A stretch of DNA of 64,000 nucleotides from Phycisphaerae bacterium (GCA_963675745.2 CAXXWX010000016.1:128001-192000), one strand, 5' to 3'. Counted from the first letter of the stretch, positions 18,836 through 30,268 are shown. Program-made: numbers and translations. Notes: generated by a model not told the origin, from the sequence alone.

Positions 18836-20352
18836 AGACCATACTTGTTGTCCTCACCATCGCGGTTGTGGGCACCGGCGGCGCGCTGCTGGTGCGCCAG
18901 ACCGCCTGGGCACAGTCCGACACCGAATTCCCCGAAGACGTCCTGTTCTGCGCGACCCGCGGCCAGCTCACCGTGACCATCACCGAGAACGGATCGCTGA
19001 TGGCCAAGAACTCCGAGAAGATCACCTTTCAGGGCAAGCGCGGCGGGAAGATCACGTTCCTGATCGAGGAAGGCAAGACCGTCGACCCGAACGAGGTGCT
19101 TTGCAGGCTAGAGACGACCGAGCTCGAGGAGCAGTTGCAGGAGCTCGAGCTGAGCATTCTCCAGACCGAAACAGACCTGGACAACGCGCGCACCGAGCTG
19201 GAGATCCAGGTGAGCGAGAACGCCGCCAGCATCGAGAAAGCCCAATTCGCGTCCGAGAAAGCGCAGAAGGAGCTCGAGAAATACAAGGATGGAGATGCGC
19301 CCAAGGAGCGTGACAACCTGGAGATCGCCATCAAGGAGGCGCGCACGAATTTCTCCCGGGCCAAGAAGAAGTACGAAGACTCGAAGAAACTCCAGGAGCA
19401 GGATTACATCAGCGGGTCCGAGGTTGAGCAGGATCAGATTGCCTGTGAGCGCGCCGAAATCAAGCACACGGCCGCCGTGCGCGACCTGGATCTGTTTGAG
19501 CGCTACACTTCTCCGATGATGCTCCGCGAGAAGAACGTGGCCGTAAAAGACACCGACCGTGAGCTCGTTAACGCCGAGAAACGCGCCAAGTCAAAACTCC
19601 GCAACCGCGAAGTCGCCGTTGAGAAGGCCGAAAGCCGGCTGAAGGCGCTCAACAAGCAACTCGACGAGCTGAAGGAAGAGATCGCCAGTTGCACGATCAA
19701 GGCGCCCTCACCGGGAATCGTGCTGTACGGCGACCCCAAACGCTGGTGGACACGGCGTGAGGTCAAGCTGGGTGGGCAGATCTGGAGCGGATTCACGATC
19801 TTCACGATCCCCGACCTGCGGGTCATGCAGGTGCGCATCAGGATTCACGAGGCCGACATCAACAAGATCAAGGTGGATCAGACGGTTACCGTCACCATGG
19901 ACACCTACCCGGGGTTGGTGCTCACGGGGAAGGTGACCAAGGTGGCCCAGGTCGCCGAAGACTCGCAGCCCTGGCGGGAGGATGAGGTCAAGCGCTTCAC
20001 GGTTGACATAACGCTGGATTCGACCGGCGACGTTACGCTTAAGCCCGGCATTAGTGCCAAGGCGGAGGTGTTTATCGAGACGCTCGACGATGTGCTCTAT
20101 GTCCCGCTGCAATGCGTGTTCATCGAGGAGGGCACGCACTACTGCTATGAGCTGCGCGGAGATCAGCCGGAACGTGTGGTGGTCGAGGCGGGCGCGACGA
20201 ACGACCACTACGTGCAGATTGTGAGTGGTCTCGAGTCCGGTGCCCGCGTCTTGTTGTACAACCCGCACGTGACCGCCGCCGAGGAGGCCGCGGCGCGCGA
20301 GGGTGCCGAAGCCAACACGCCGCCGCTGCCGCCACCGGCGGCCCAGCCGTGA
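18832..20352 (+). CDS. Periplasmic adaptor (MacA/HlyD-like membrane fusion protein)
   Basis: ATGA overlap; N-terminal anchor, long coiled coil, IKAPSPGIV, IHEADI, LKPGISA, SGLESG. Confidence 0.92.
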   Translation: MKTILVVLTIAVVGTGGALLVRQTAWAQSDTEFPEDVLFCATRGQLTVTITENGSLMAKNSEKITFQGKRGGKITFLIEEGKTVDPNEVLCRLETTELEEQLQELELSILQTETDLDNARTELEIQVSENAASIEKAQFASEKAQKELEKYKDGDAPKERDNLEIAIKEARTNFSRAKKKYEDSKKLQEQDYISGSEVEQDQIACERAEIKHTAAVRDLDLFERYTSPMMLREKNVAVKDTDRELVNAEKRAKSKLRNREVAVEKAESRLKALNKQLDELKEEIASCTIKAPSPGIVLYGDPKRWWTRREVKLGGQIWSGFTIFTIPDLRVMQVRIRIHEADINKIKVDQTVTVTMDTYPGLVLTGKVTKVAQVAEDSQPWREDEVKRFTVDITLDSTGDVTLKPGISAKAEVFIETLDDVLYVPLQCVFIEEGTHYCYELRGDQPERVVVEAGATNDHYVQIVSGLESGARVLLYNPHVTAAEEAAAREGAEANTPPLPPPAAQP

Positions 20353-20365
20353 TCGGGGCATCGTC

Positions 20366-21085
20366 ATGATAGCCGGGTCATCGACGCTGCTTCAGCTCAG
20401 CCACGTGGAGAAGATCTACGGCACCGCGGCCAATCCGCTCCAGGTGCTGTATGACGTCAACCTGACCGTGCGCGCGGGTGAATACGTGGCGATCATCGGC
20501 AGATCCGGCGCCGGTAAGTCAACCATGCTGAATATCCTCGGCTGTCTCGACCGACCCACGCGCGGCGCCTATTACCTGATGGGCGACAACGTCGCGGAGT
20601 TTGATGACGAGAAGCTGTCGCGCGCGCGCAAGCAGCACATCGGATTTATCTTCCAGTCATTCCAGCTTGTCTCCCATCTATCGGTGCTGGAGAACGTGGA
20701 GATGCCGTTGTTCTACGCGCGTCAAACGCGTCAAGCGCGTCGCCGGCGTTGCCGCGAGCTGATCGCGCGCGTCGGGCTCAGCAGCCGCGAAGACCACCGC
20801 CCCAGCCAGCTTTCCGGCGGTGAAAACCAACGGGCCGCGATCGCGCGGGCGCTGGCCAACGATCCCGCCGTGGTTCTCGCGGATGAGCCGACCGGCAATC
20901 TTGACTCCAGCACATCGGACGAAATCATGAACCTGTTGCGGGGGTTGCACGACACGGGTTGTACGATCCTGTTGATCACGCATGATCGCGACATCGCCCG
21001 CACGGCGCCGCGCACGGTTGTTCTGCGCGACGGGCGCATTGTGCAGGATGCCGGCTCGGATACGACCGCCAATGTTTCTGTTTGA
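20366..21085 (+). CDS. ABC transporter ATP-binding subunit (MacB/LolD-like)
   Basis: Walker A GRSGAGKST, signature LSGGENQR, Walker B VLADEPTGNLD, ITHD. Confidence 0.95.
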   Translation: MIAGSSTLLQLSHVEKIYGTAANPLQVLYDVNLTVRAGEYVAIIGRSGAGKSTMLNILGCLDRPTRGAYYLMGDNVAEFDDEKLSRARKQHIGFIFQSFQLVSHLSVLENVEMPLFYARQTRQARRRRCRELIARVGLSSREDHRPSQLSGGENQRAAIARALANDPAVVLADEPTGNLDSSTSDEIMNLLRGLHDTGCTILLITHDRDIARTAPRTVVLRDGRIVQDAGSDTTANVSV

Positions 21086-22343
21086 GCTGATTCACGAAGC
21101 GCTGCGCAACCTCGAGCGGCACAAGCTGCGCTCATTGCTGACGACGCTCGGCATCATCTTCGGCATCGCCTCGGTGCTCGCCATGGTGGCGATCGGCGAA
21201 GGGGCCCGCCGCGCGATCCTCGAACAAATCCAGCAGCTCGGCGTCACCAACATCATCATAAACGCGGAAAAACCGCCCGAAACGGAAGACGTCAGCGAGG
21301 AAGAAGAGGGCGACACGCTCAACTACGGCCTGACGTTTCGCGACGCCGAGCAGATCAGGCTCACGCTCCCCATGGTCGAGGAGGTGCTGGGCGTCCACGA
21401 CGTTGAGAAGTGGATCTGGTTTCGCAGCCACCGAATTCAGGCCAAGGTGCGTGGCGTGACACCCGACTATTTCGAGCGTTTGCGCCTGCGTCCATTTCTC
21501 GGGCGCAGCTTGGAGGAGATGGACGGCCGCGACTGTCGCCGTGTTTGTGTTGTGCGCCGGCAACTCCTGAAGGAGGCCCGATACGTCGGCGATCCGCTGA
21601 AACTTGATTTAAAGGTGGGCAGTGAGTATTTCCGCGTTGTCGGCGTGCTGCCCGACTTTGAGTTTCAGAGCCCCCACAAGGCCGTGCTCGGCATCGACGA
21701 TCGCGCGCTGGAGGTTTATGTCCCGTTTGAAACCGCGGTTGACCGCTACGGGCTGACGTCGGTGAAAGAACGCGCCAGCGGCCATGAGAGCACGCACGTC
21801 GAACTTCACCAAATCGTCTGCACGATCAAGGATGAGGAGAGCGTCTTACGCGGGGCCCGCGCGATCCAGGCGGTGCTCGCCAAGCTGCACAAGAAAAAGG
21901 ACTACCAGATCACGGTTCCGCTCGAGCTGCTGCGCTCACAACAGCGGACCCAGCGCGTCTTCAATATTGTCCTGCCGGTTATCGCCGGAATTTCTCTGCT
22001 GGTGGGCGGTATCGGCATCCTCAACATCATGCTCGCCAGTATCACCGAGCGTACGCGGGAAATCGGCATTCGGCGGGCCATCGGTGCGTCCAGTGGTGAC
22101 ATTACCATGCAGTTTCTGATCGAAACCGTAACGCTGGCGATGATTGGCGGGCTGCTCGGCGTTGTGGTCGGCATCGGCGCCGCGCTCGTACTCCAGTACT
22201 TCACCCAGTGGCACGCGGTCATCACGCCCTGGTCGCTAATCCTGTCGATGGGAGTCTCGTGCCTGACCGGTGTCGTGTTTGGCATCTACCCCGCGCGGCG
22301 AGCGGCGGCCATGGACCCAATTGAGGCCTTGCGCCACGAGTAA
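21072..22343 (+). CDS. ABC transporter permease (MacB/FtsX-like)
   Basis: RSLLTTLGIIFGIASV, SLLVGGIGILNIMLASITERTREIGIRRAIGA, YPARRAAAMDPIEALRHE. Confidence 0.95.
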   Translation: MFLFELIHEALRNLERHKLRSLLTTLGIIFGIASVLAMVAIGEGARRAILEQIQQLGVTNIIINAEKPPETEDVSEEEEGDTLNYGLTFRDAEQIRLTLPMVEEVLGVHDVEKWIWFRSHRIQAKVRGVTPDYFERLRLRPFLGRSLEEMDGRDCRRVCVVRRQLLKEARYVGDPLKLDLKVGSEYFRVVGVLPDFEFQSPHKAVLGIDDRALEVYVPFETAVDRYGLTSVKERASGHESTHVELHQIVCTIKDEESVLRGARAIQAVLAKLHKKKDYQITVPLELLRSQQRTQRVFNIVLPVIAGISLLVGGIGILNIMLASITERTREIGIRRAIGASSGDITMQFLIETVTLAMIGGLLGVVVGIGAALVLQYFTQWHAVITPWSLILSMGVSCLTGVVFGIYPARRAAAMDPIEALRHE

Positions 22344-22418
22344 ACTCGCACCCACCGAGCACGGCGCGACGCGGTCAACAACCACCCAGAATGCGTGCGA
22401 GGGCATTGCGGCGGCGGC

Positions 22419-23075
22419 CTACACCTGGAGTATTCCACGCTCGCGGAGGCAGCCACGCATTTGTCCGATTGGGTTGTTCGTGGGGTCCACGCGGATTACC
22501 TGCCAACCGCGTTGCGCCGCGGCCCGGCAATTGGCCGGCAAATCATCGAAGAACAGCACATCCTCGGGAGCGACACCGGTATCACGCTCGACGCGCTCAT
22601 ACGCGGCGGCGTCGGGTTTGGCGCAGCCCATCAAGTGGCTGGCGAAACGGTACGTCAGCCGGCCAAGCGCAACATCGTGCTCGTTGCCCGGCGTCATCAG
22701 CAGACGCCAGTGGTTGGCATTGGTGTTGGACAGGCAGGCCGTCTTCACGCCGGTGTTGGTGACGCTCTCGACAAGTTCGCGCGCCCCCGGATATGCGCCG
22801 CCCAGCCAGGCGTCCGACACCCGCATCACCTGGTCGACCGTCAGCCCGGTATACCGGGCGGTCCGCGCGGCGAAGGTCTCGGTGTCGACCGCGCCGGTCT
22901 CGGCCGGCTTGTAGATGGCTGTGAGCTCATCAGAGCGCTGGGGATCCAACGCCACGGCGGGCACCGGCACGCCGGCCGCCGCACACGCTTCAGCCCATGT
23001 GCCGCGCACACGCACCAGCACACAACCCAGGTCGAAACACACGAGTTTCACACGTCTGTCAATCTCCGCGCCCAA
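22419..23075 (-). CDS. HAD-superfamily hydrolase (YihX-like phosphatase)
   Basis: FDLGCVL, LSNTN, KPD and FFDD motifs. Confidence 0.9.
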   Translation of the reverse strand: MGAEIDRRVKLVCFDLGCVLVRVRGTWAEACAAAGVPVPAVALDPQRSDELTAIYKPAETGAVDTETFAARTARYTGLTVDQVMRVSDAWLGGAYPGARELVESVTNTGVKTACLSNTNANHWRLLMTPGNEHDVALGRLTYRFASHLMGCAKPDAAAYERVERDTGVAPEDVLFFDDLPANCRAAAQRGWQVIRVDPTNNPIGQMRGCLRERGILQV

Positions 23076-23338
23076 GTGAACACTCCGTTTGGCTGAACTA
23101 CGCGGCGCCAGCGCCTGGCGCGGTCAGGTGAGTCTATTTGCACCGGCCACACGGAATCAAGGCGCCGGCGGCCTTAATCAGGTGCACAATCGGCGCCGGT
23201 CGCGTACAATGCGCCCTGGGTGGTGGCAGCCGGGGGTAAGGGGCACCGTGCGGCGTACGCACGGAAGCTGGTGGCCACTTATTGGTGCATGTCGTGAACA
23301 CGGGGAAGACTTCAGGGCGTGACGAGTCTCACGAGGGC

Positions 23339-24955
23339 ATGGGCGATGTGTGCCCGCGACTCGTGTCAGACAGTGAGCTTTCATGTGCACAGGCCCTGCT
23401 CGCAACGGTTCCCGATACGATCCTGCGCCTCACCGCTGACGGTGTGGTGCGCGCCCACAAGGCCGGAGGCGACCTTCTCCCCGAGTCACCTGTCAACGTG
23501 ATTGGGCGGGAGCTCGCCGAGTTGCTGCCGTCGGAAGTGGCGCAGTCGCTGAACTCCGCAATCACGCGCGTGCTGAAGACGCGCGCAGCGGAAGAATCCG
23601 AGCACCAGCTCAGGCAAGACGGCACGTTGCGGTACTTCCGTATCCGCGTCATGGCCGTTGGTTGCGATGAGGCCCTGCTGGTTGCCCATGACGTCACGCG
23701 GCGCCGCCGCACTGAGGATGAGCTGCACCGCTATCGCCACCAACTGGAGGAGCTGGTCAGCCGTCGCACGGGCGAACTGGCCGATCTCAACCAGCGTCTG
23801 CGCGCCGAGCTGGTCGAGCGGCAGCGCATCGAAGAGGCACTCCGCGAGAGTGAGCGTTTGTTCCGCACCCTGGCCGAGACCACGCCGACAGGGATATTCA
23901 TCGCACAGGGCGAGCACCTGCGTTATGTCAATCCGGCGATGGCCGGAATCCTGGGCCACTCGGTCGAGGCGCTGGTTGGCCGGCGCTACAGCGACTTTGT
24001 ACACGCAGAGATGCACGCGCTGGTCGAGAAGCGCTATGCCGCCCGCCTGGCCGGCCAGGCCGTCCCTTCGCGCTACGAGCTGCGAGTCGTTGACCGAAAC
24101 GGGGACGACCATTGGCTGGATTTCGCCGCCGCATTGATCGAATACGAGGGACAGCCGGCGATCCTGGGGACGGCGTTGGATATCACCGATCGGAAACTGG
24201 CGCAGCAGGAGGCGCGCAGACACCTCGATGAGCTGGCCCACGTAACGCGCTTGAGCACCATGGGCGAAATGGCCAGCAGCCTGGCGCATGAGGTCAATCA
24301 ACCTCTGTCCGCCACGGCCAACTACGTCGGGGCGGCGATTCGCCGCGCGCGCGCCGGCAATGTCGACACCCATGAGCTACTTGATGATCTTCAGGCGGCG
24401 ATCCTGCAAATCAGGCGCGCCGGCGACGTCGTGCGCCACATAAAGAACTTCATCCGCAAACGCGAACCCGACCACTCACCATGCCACCTGAATCACACGA
24501 TTCGCCATACGGTCGCACTGGTCGAAGATCAGCTCCGGCAACACAAGACCGCGGTCGATCTTGACCTGGCGGACAACCTGCCGCGCGCACTGATGGACGA
24601 GATCCAGATTCAGCAGGTGGTCTTGAACCTGGCGCGTAACGGCATCGAAGCTCTGGCCGAGCTTCCGGCGGATTCTCAACGCCGAATCTCGATTCAGACC
24701 ACGCCGGCGGACGCGCGCTGGATTCGCGTGTCCATTTCGGACAACGGGCCCGTGGTGCCCGCTGGCAAGCTCGATCGAATCTTCGATGCTTTTTTCACAA
24801 CCAAGCCCAGCGGCATGGGATTGGGCTTGTCCATCAGTCGTTCGATTGTCGAATCTCATGGCGGCCGTCTGACGGCGACCGCGAACCCGCATGGTGGTCT
24901 TACATTCAGTTTTACGCTGCCCGTCTATGACGAGGAGGCACGCGATGAATGCTGA
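23339..24955 (+). CDS. PAS-domain sensor histidine kinase (FixL/TtrS-like)
   Basis: Two PAS domains; RLSTMGEMASSLAHEVNQPL, NLARNGIEA, DNGP, FFTTKPSGMGLGL. Start uncertain (23282-23339). Confidence 0.92.
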   Translation: MGDVCPRLVSDSELSCAQALLATVPDTILRLTADGVVRAHKAGGDLLPESPVNVIGRELAELLPSEVAQSLNSAITRVLKTRAAEESEHQLRQDGTLRYFRIRVMAVGCDEALLVAHDVTRRRRTEDELHRYRHQLEELVSRRTGELADLNQRLRAELVERQRIEEALRESERLFRTLAETTPTGIFIAQGEHLRYVNPAMAGILGHSVEALVGRRYSDFVHAEMHALVEKRYAARLAGQAVPSRYELRVVDRNGDDHWLDFAAALIEYEGQPAILGTALDITDRKLAQQEARRHLDELAHVTRLSTMGEMASSLAHEVNQPLSATANYVGAAIRRARAGNVDTHELLDDLQAAILQIRRAGDVVRHIKNFIRKREPDHSPCHLNHTIRHTVALVEDQLRQHKTAVDLDLADNLPRALMDEIQIQQVVLNLARNGIEALAELPADSQRRISIQTTPADARWIRVSISDNGPVVPAGKLDRIFDAFFTTKPSGMGLGLSISRSIVESHGGRLTATANPHGGLTFSFTLPVYDEEARDEC

Positions 24956-25571
24956 GCCTTTGATCACCGTTGTCGATGATGATCCGGCGGTGCGACACTC
25001 GCTGACACGCCTGCTGGAGTCGGCCGGCTATGCCTGTTGCGCTTACGCTTCGGCGGAGGCATTCCTCGCGGACTATAACCCGGATGTACCCGGGTGCCTG
25101 CTGCTCGATGTCCGCATGCCCGGCATGAGCGGCATCGAACTCCAAGCCAGGCTGGCGGAGCAGACCGTCAGACTCCCGGTCATCATAGTCACGGGCCACG
25201 GGGACATACCGATGGCCGTCAGCGCTATGAAAACCGGCGTGTTTGACTTCATCGAGAAGCCGTTCGACGACGACCGGATACTCGATTGCATCAAGCGCGC
25301 CCTTGCCCACGACACGCGGGTGCGTTGCCGGCAATGCGAACGCCGCGAGTCGCAGCGCCGCCTGAATCTGCTTTCGCCGCGCGAGCTGGAGGTGCTCAAC
25401 GGCCTTGCGGCCGGCGAGACGGTTGAGCAGGTCGCGAGCCGGCTGCACATCAGCCCCAAGACGGTGTATATGCACCGCGGCCACGTGATGGAGAAGGTCG
25501 GGGTGGACTCGATCGCAGACCTGGTGAAACTGAAGTTTCAGGCGCAAAACCCGGACGCCAGCGGCGTCTGA
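24945..25571 (+). CDS. Response regulator, FixJ/LuxR family
   Basis: VVDDD, LLDVRMPGMSG, TGHGDIPMAV, FIEKP and a LuxR HTH (LSPRELEVL...ISPKTV); overlaps the kinase stop. Confidence 0.95.
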   Translation: MNAEPLITVVDDDPAVRHSLTRLLESAGYACCAYASAEAFLADYNPDVPGCLLLDVRMPGMSGIELQARLAEQTVRLPVIIVTGHGDIPMAVSAMKTGVFDFIEKPFDDDRILDCIKRALAHDTRVRCRQCERRESQRRLNLLSPRELEVLNGLAAGETVEQVASRLHISPKTVYMHRGHVMEKVGVDSIADLVKLKFQAQNPDASGV

Positions 25572-25731
25572 ATATCGCGGCGGCGGCCGATGGGGGCTGG
25601 CTCCCTCGCCGGCTCCCGGGGTGTGGATGCGCGAAACATCCGGTGTAGACTTTTTCTATGTTTTGTCGATCGGGGCTATCCGTTAGATTAGTGGAAGCTG
25701 TAGTATGTAAGCGCGGGGCAAGCCAGACGTA

Positions 25732-25760
25732 ATCCCTCCCTCCCTGGGGGGCGGAGGGAT
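25732..25760. terminator. GC-rich hairpin between convergent genes (possible terminator)
   Basis: ATCCCTCC...GGAGGGAT stem with a short loop; no strong U-tract. Confidence 0.4.
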
Positions 25761-25804
25761 GGAGTTTATCCACACACATTTCCACGTTGGGGCATGGCTG
25801 ATGT

Positions 25805-28800
25805 TTACGGCGGCGCCGGCTCAGCGGCTTGGGTTGTGGCCTCGTCCGGGGCAAGCAATGCGCGATAGCGCTCGGCTTCGTCGGCACGGCCCTGTTGCTC
25901 ATAGACCTTGATGAGCCGCTCGAGCAGAGCGCGCGTACGCCAGTGATCCGCACCCAGCGAAGCGCTGATCGCCGTGTACGCCGCCAACACCTGCTCTTCC
26001 GCCTCTTCCAGACGCCCCTGTTCCAGCAGCGCGCGGCCGTACAGGCCACGCACCACGTCGGGCAGCCAGTGTCCGGGCGGCGTGGCATCGCGCATAGCCT
26101 CGATCAGCGGCGCCAGCTCGGCGGCGGCCTCCTCAGTGCGACCGCGCTCCAGCAGGAGGATTCCCAACTGCAGCCGCGCGAACAGCGTATCCAGATGGTC
26201 AGGACCATATTCGCGCAGCCGGACCGCATACACCCGACGCATGAGCGTTTCGGCCTCGTCCAGTTCGTTGGCCTCCATCAGGCTGGCGGCGAGGTTCAGC
26301 ATGAGCGACGCGGTTTGCACGTCCTCCTGACCCTCCTCCGGCGCCAGTGCCTTCAGCGCCGTGCGGTATAGCTCCACCGCATCCGCCGTCCGATCCTGGA
26401 GTTGATAGCAGTGTGCCAGGTTGTTCAGCGCGTAGAGCGTCTCCGCGTGGGCGTCACCGCGCGTGCGCCGGGCATGCTCATAGGTCGCCAGAGCCAACTG
26501 CTCAGCCTCAGCAAACTTACCCGTCGCGTTCAACACCGCCGCCAGACTGGCCATCACGCTCTGTGTCTGCGGGTGGTCATCGCCCAACGCCGCGCGGTAG
26601 ATCGTGAGTGCTTCGCGGTAAAGCTCTTCGGCCGCGGCGGAATTGCCGAGCTCGTATAGCAGGCCGGCCAGCGATGCGGCCGCGGTCGCGACGATGTCGT
26701 GCTGATTGCCGTACGCCGACCGTGCCACGGCGAGCGCCTCGCGATAGGCCTGTTCGGCGCCGGCGTAGTCACCCGTATCCTGGAGCAACGCGCCGAGATT
26801 CTGCAACGTGCTGATCAACGCCGGATGATCGGCGCCGAGTTGTCCGCGACGCTGATCGAGCGCAGCTCGCAGCTCGCGCTCGGCCTCGACGTAGTCACCC
26901 TTGGCGTACAAGACCACGCCGAGGCTGTGGCGGCTGTTGGCAATGTCCGGGTGAACCGTGTCGTGGGCCGCGTACCGGATTTCCAGCGCCTGACGCAACA
27001 GGCTCTCGGCCTCGTCATAATCACCCTGATTCATGCGGCAGACACCCAGGTTGTGCAGGATGTCGGCGACGGCCGGGTGTTTCTCGCCGAGCAACTTGCG
27101 CTCCATCGCCAGTGCTTCACGATATAACGCCTCGCTCTTGGCGTACTCGCCGCGATCATCGAGCAAGGCGGCGAGGTTGTTCAGGTCGATCGCGATTGAG
27201 GGGTGTTCGTTGCCCAGCAGCTTACGCCGCAGTGCCAGCGATTCACGCTGAAGCTGCTCGGCGGCCGCGTAGTCGCCGCGCTCTTTCAGCAGGATCGCCA
27301 GGTTGTTCAGCCCGACGGCCACGGCCAGGTGTTCGTCGCCGTGCGCTTTGCGGTGCAGTGCCAGGGCGGCCCGGTACAGCTCTTCGGCTTCGTCAAAATG
27401 ACCCTCGAGGCGCAGAGCCGCCGCGAGGTTTGTCTCACTGGCAGCGACCGAAACGTGATCATCGCCGAGCAGCTTGCGGCGCATGGTCAGCGCGGCCCGG
27501 TGGGCTTCTTCCGCCGCCTGATAGTCGCCCTGGTCGTGGCGCAGTTGCCCCAGCGCGTTCAGGCAGGCGGCGAGCTCCACATGCTCAGCGCCCCACAGCC
27601 GGCGCGCCGCTTCGAGCGCCGCCAGGCAGAGGGGCCTCGGCTTCGTCGAATCGTCCCCGACTGCACAATACCTGCGAAAGCTCGCGCTGACTGGCGATCA
27701 CGTCGGGATGCTCGTCACCATGAATCCGGCGGCGCATCTCGAGTGCTCGGCGCATCTGCGGCTCGGCCTTTTCGTACAGGCCAAGCGTGGCATACGACGC
27801 GGCGATCGTCATGCGCAGGCTGGCCTCAACCTCACGATCGAGGTGAGTGTTTCTTCCAAGACCGGCCACAGCGTCATCCAGGACGTCGGCGATACGAGCC
27901 TCGCGCCCCAGATCGATGGGGCGCGCCAGCATGCCGGTCAGAAACTCGTTGATGGTGCGCGCCCGGTCCGCTTCGCGTTCGGCCATTTGCCGGGAGTTTT
28001 CCACGGACACACGTCGCTGTTCGGCAAGCTGCTCGGCTCTGACGGCACGTTGCCAGAGGAACGTCAGCCAGATCGACGCGGCCAGCATCAGCACCACAAC
28101 CGCGGCGCTGACGCGGACCGTGTATTGATAGCGCCGCATCGCCTTGCGCAGGTTGTACATGGCGCTGTCGCGCTTGGCTTCGATGGGTTCGCCGGCCAGG
28201 TAGTGGCGCAAATCGCGCGCCAGATCGCCGACGCTCTGGTAACGCCGGTCGGGCTCCTTCGCGAGACATTTCAGCACGATCGTCTCGACTTCGTCGTCTA
28301 TGTCCTTGTGGATCAGACTGGGCCGGCGCGGCATCGCCGTGCGGATGTTGCCGAGCACCTCGCTGAAAGTGCCGACCACCGCGTAGGGAAACTCGCCGGT
28401 GAGCATTTGGTACAGCATCACGCCCAGCGAGTACACGTCTGTGCGCACATCGATCTTGTCGGGTGTACCTTCGACCTGCTCAGGGCTGGCCCAGGGCAGC
28501 GAACCCATGAACTCACCGGTCTGGCTCATTGTGGCTTGCACCGCCGTCCCGGATGAGCCGTCTGCCAGCTTCGCCAGACCAAAATCGAGCACGTGCGGCT
28601 GCAAATCGCCGTCCAGGCGGATGTTGCTGGGCTTGAGATCCCGGTGGATCACGCCGCGCTGGTGGGCATAGTGGATCGCATCCGCGATCTTGGCGACCAG
28701 CTCCAGCGACGGCTTGAGTGACAGCAGCGGCGCGCGGTTTTGGCGCGGCGTGGGTACACGCGCGTCGAGTACGGCGGCCCCGAGCGGATCGCCACCAAAC

Positions 28801-29189
28801 ATGCCCGCCGCCGCCCCGATGGCCTCGTCGAGCCCGAGCCCCTCAATGTACTCCATGACGTAGTAGGGGTAGCCTTCATCCGTTACGCCGCTGTCGTAGA
28901 GACTGACGATGCCCGGATGGCGCAGCGAGGCGATCAGGTCGATTTCGCGTTCGAAGCGCCGTCGCCGCGAGTCAGCGGCCCAGGCGCCGGCCAGCAGGAC
29001 TTTGATGGCCACCTTGCGCTTGGTGGAGAGCTGCTCGGCGGTGTAGACGATACCCTGGCCGCCACGCCCCAACTCGCGCGGATTGCCGTAGCCGGGTACG
29101 GTTGGAAGTCGCTCGCGGCGCGTCGTGTGTTGCTTGAGCGCGCCCAGGAGCTCGTCCGGATCTTGATACCACTCGGTCTTGTCGTTCAT
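25805..29189 (-). pseudogene. Membrane Ser/Thr kinase with extracytoplasmic TPR array, split by a +1 frameshift (may be a sequencing error in an intact gene)
   Basis: 27585-29189 has GRGGQG, HRDLKPSN, LDFG, WASPEQ, a TM helix and the first TPRs; 25805-27580 is a TPR array. Removing one G from GGGG at 27631-27634 gives ...FDEAEALCLAALEAARRLWGAEHVELAACLN..., one 1127-aa ORF. Confidence 0.88.
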
Positions 29190-29205
29190 CGCCCACCCGG
29201 CGGCA

Positions 29206-29796
29206 TCAACCCTCCTCCGCCACTTGCTGTTCGATCAACTCGGAGAGCCGCCTGGTGATGCGGGATTTGGCCTGGTATACCTGGTCGACGCTGAGTTCGA
29301 GTTCCTCGGCGGTCTCGCGCGCATCCCGCCCCTCGACCGCATATTGCTTAAACGCGCGAACATCGGTCTTGTTGCACTCGGCTTCGATGCTCCGCATCGC
29401 CTGGCGCAAGTGATATTGGCGCCATTCAATCTCCCAGGCCTCCTCGACGGCATGATCGTTGGTTGCGGCGCGGGTGGCCTCGTCGATGCGTGCCAGACCC
29501 ACCTCGCCGTGATCGCGCTGGTGCCGTTTGAAAATGCCGCGCAACGTGACGGTCTTGAGGTAGGAGCGGAACTTGCCTTTCGCCGGGTTATACTCGAAGC
29601 GCCCCATTGCCTGGCTGAGGGACAGCAGCACGTCTTGGGCTACGTCATCGCAATCAGCGGGTTGCAGGCCGCGTCGCCGTGCAAACCCGCGGATCAGTTC
29701 GCCGTAACGATCGTTGAACTCACGCCAGGCGGCCGCATCATTCTGATTCTTGATCCGGCCGAGCAGCGTGACATGTGTAGCGCTGTGCGAGTACAT
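29206..29796 (-). CDS. ECF sigma-70 factor, kinase-associated planctomycete type
   Basis: THVTLLGRI...AAWREFNDRY, DCDDVAQDV, GKFRSYL, region-4 VYQAKSRI; ends 16 nt before the kinase start. Confidence 0.92.
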   Translation of the reverse strand: MYSHSATHVTLLGRIKNQNDAAAWREFNDRYGELIRGFARRRGLQPADCDDVAQDVLLSLSQAMGRFEYNPAKGKFRSYLKTVTLRGIFKRHQRDHGEVGLARIDEATRAATNDHAVEEAWEIEWRQYHLRQAMRSIEAECNKTDVRAFKQYAVEGRDARETAEELELSVDQVYQAKSRITRRLSELIEQQVAEEG

Positions 29797-30004
29797 AGTT
29801 GGAGTATAATCGCAGTACCTGGCAAGTAGAATGCCGAACCACACCTGGCTATAACCTCAATCGCCCGCCGCGGCAGGCCACGGCGGGCGGTGTGTGTGGT
29901 GGCAACTCATCCCGAAAGCGGCTCCCCAGCATTCTCCCGGGCGTTTGTTGACCGCGATGTGGCCGCGACAGATCCCGCCGCGGCCACCCGGTTTGGATCG
30001 GCGT

Positions 30005-30268
30005 TTAGTACCAACCGTCGTCCCAGCCCCAGTCGTCGTCGCAGCTCCAGTCATCTTGGCAGTCGTAGCCGCAATACTCCTCGCCGGTGAACGAATCGGA
30101 CTCGAAGGATTCCAGAGCGCCGGCCAACTGCTGGCCGATGTCGAATCCCTGCTGGAAGCTGGCCATGAAGTCGTTGCAGCCGCCCATCGGGGCCGCGAAG
30201 AGCAGGCCGCCACCGAAGATGACCATGGTCGCAATACGCTGGACTTTGCTGTTGAGCGTCGAGAGCAT
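30005..30268 (-). CDS. 87-aa putative lipoprotein with D/W/C/Y-rich tail
   Basis: AAGGAG RBS; basic N-terminus, hydrophobic stretch, MGGC lipobox-like site; ends EEYCGYDCQDDWSCDDDWGWDDGWY. Confidence 0.75.
   Translation of the reverse strand: MLSTLNSKVQRIATMVIFGGGLLFAAPMGGCNDFMASFQQGFDIGQQLAGALESFESDSFTGEEYCGYDCQDDWSCDDDWGWDDGWY

Noticed and set aside
30005..30268. RiPP precursor
   Set aside because: No radical SAM, YcaO, lanthipeptide or other RiPP enzyme nearby; the N-terminus looks like a lipoprotein signal.
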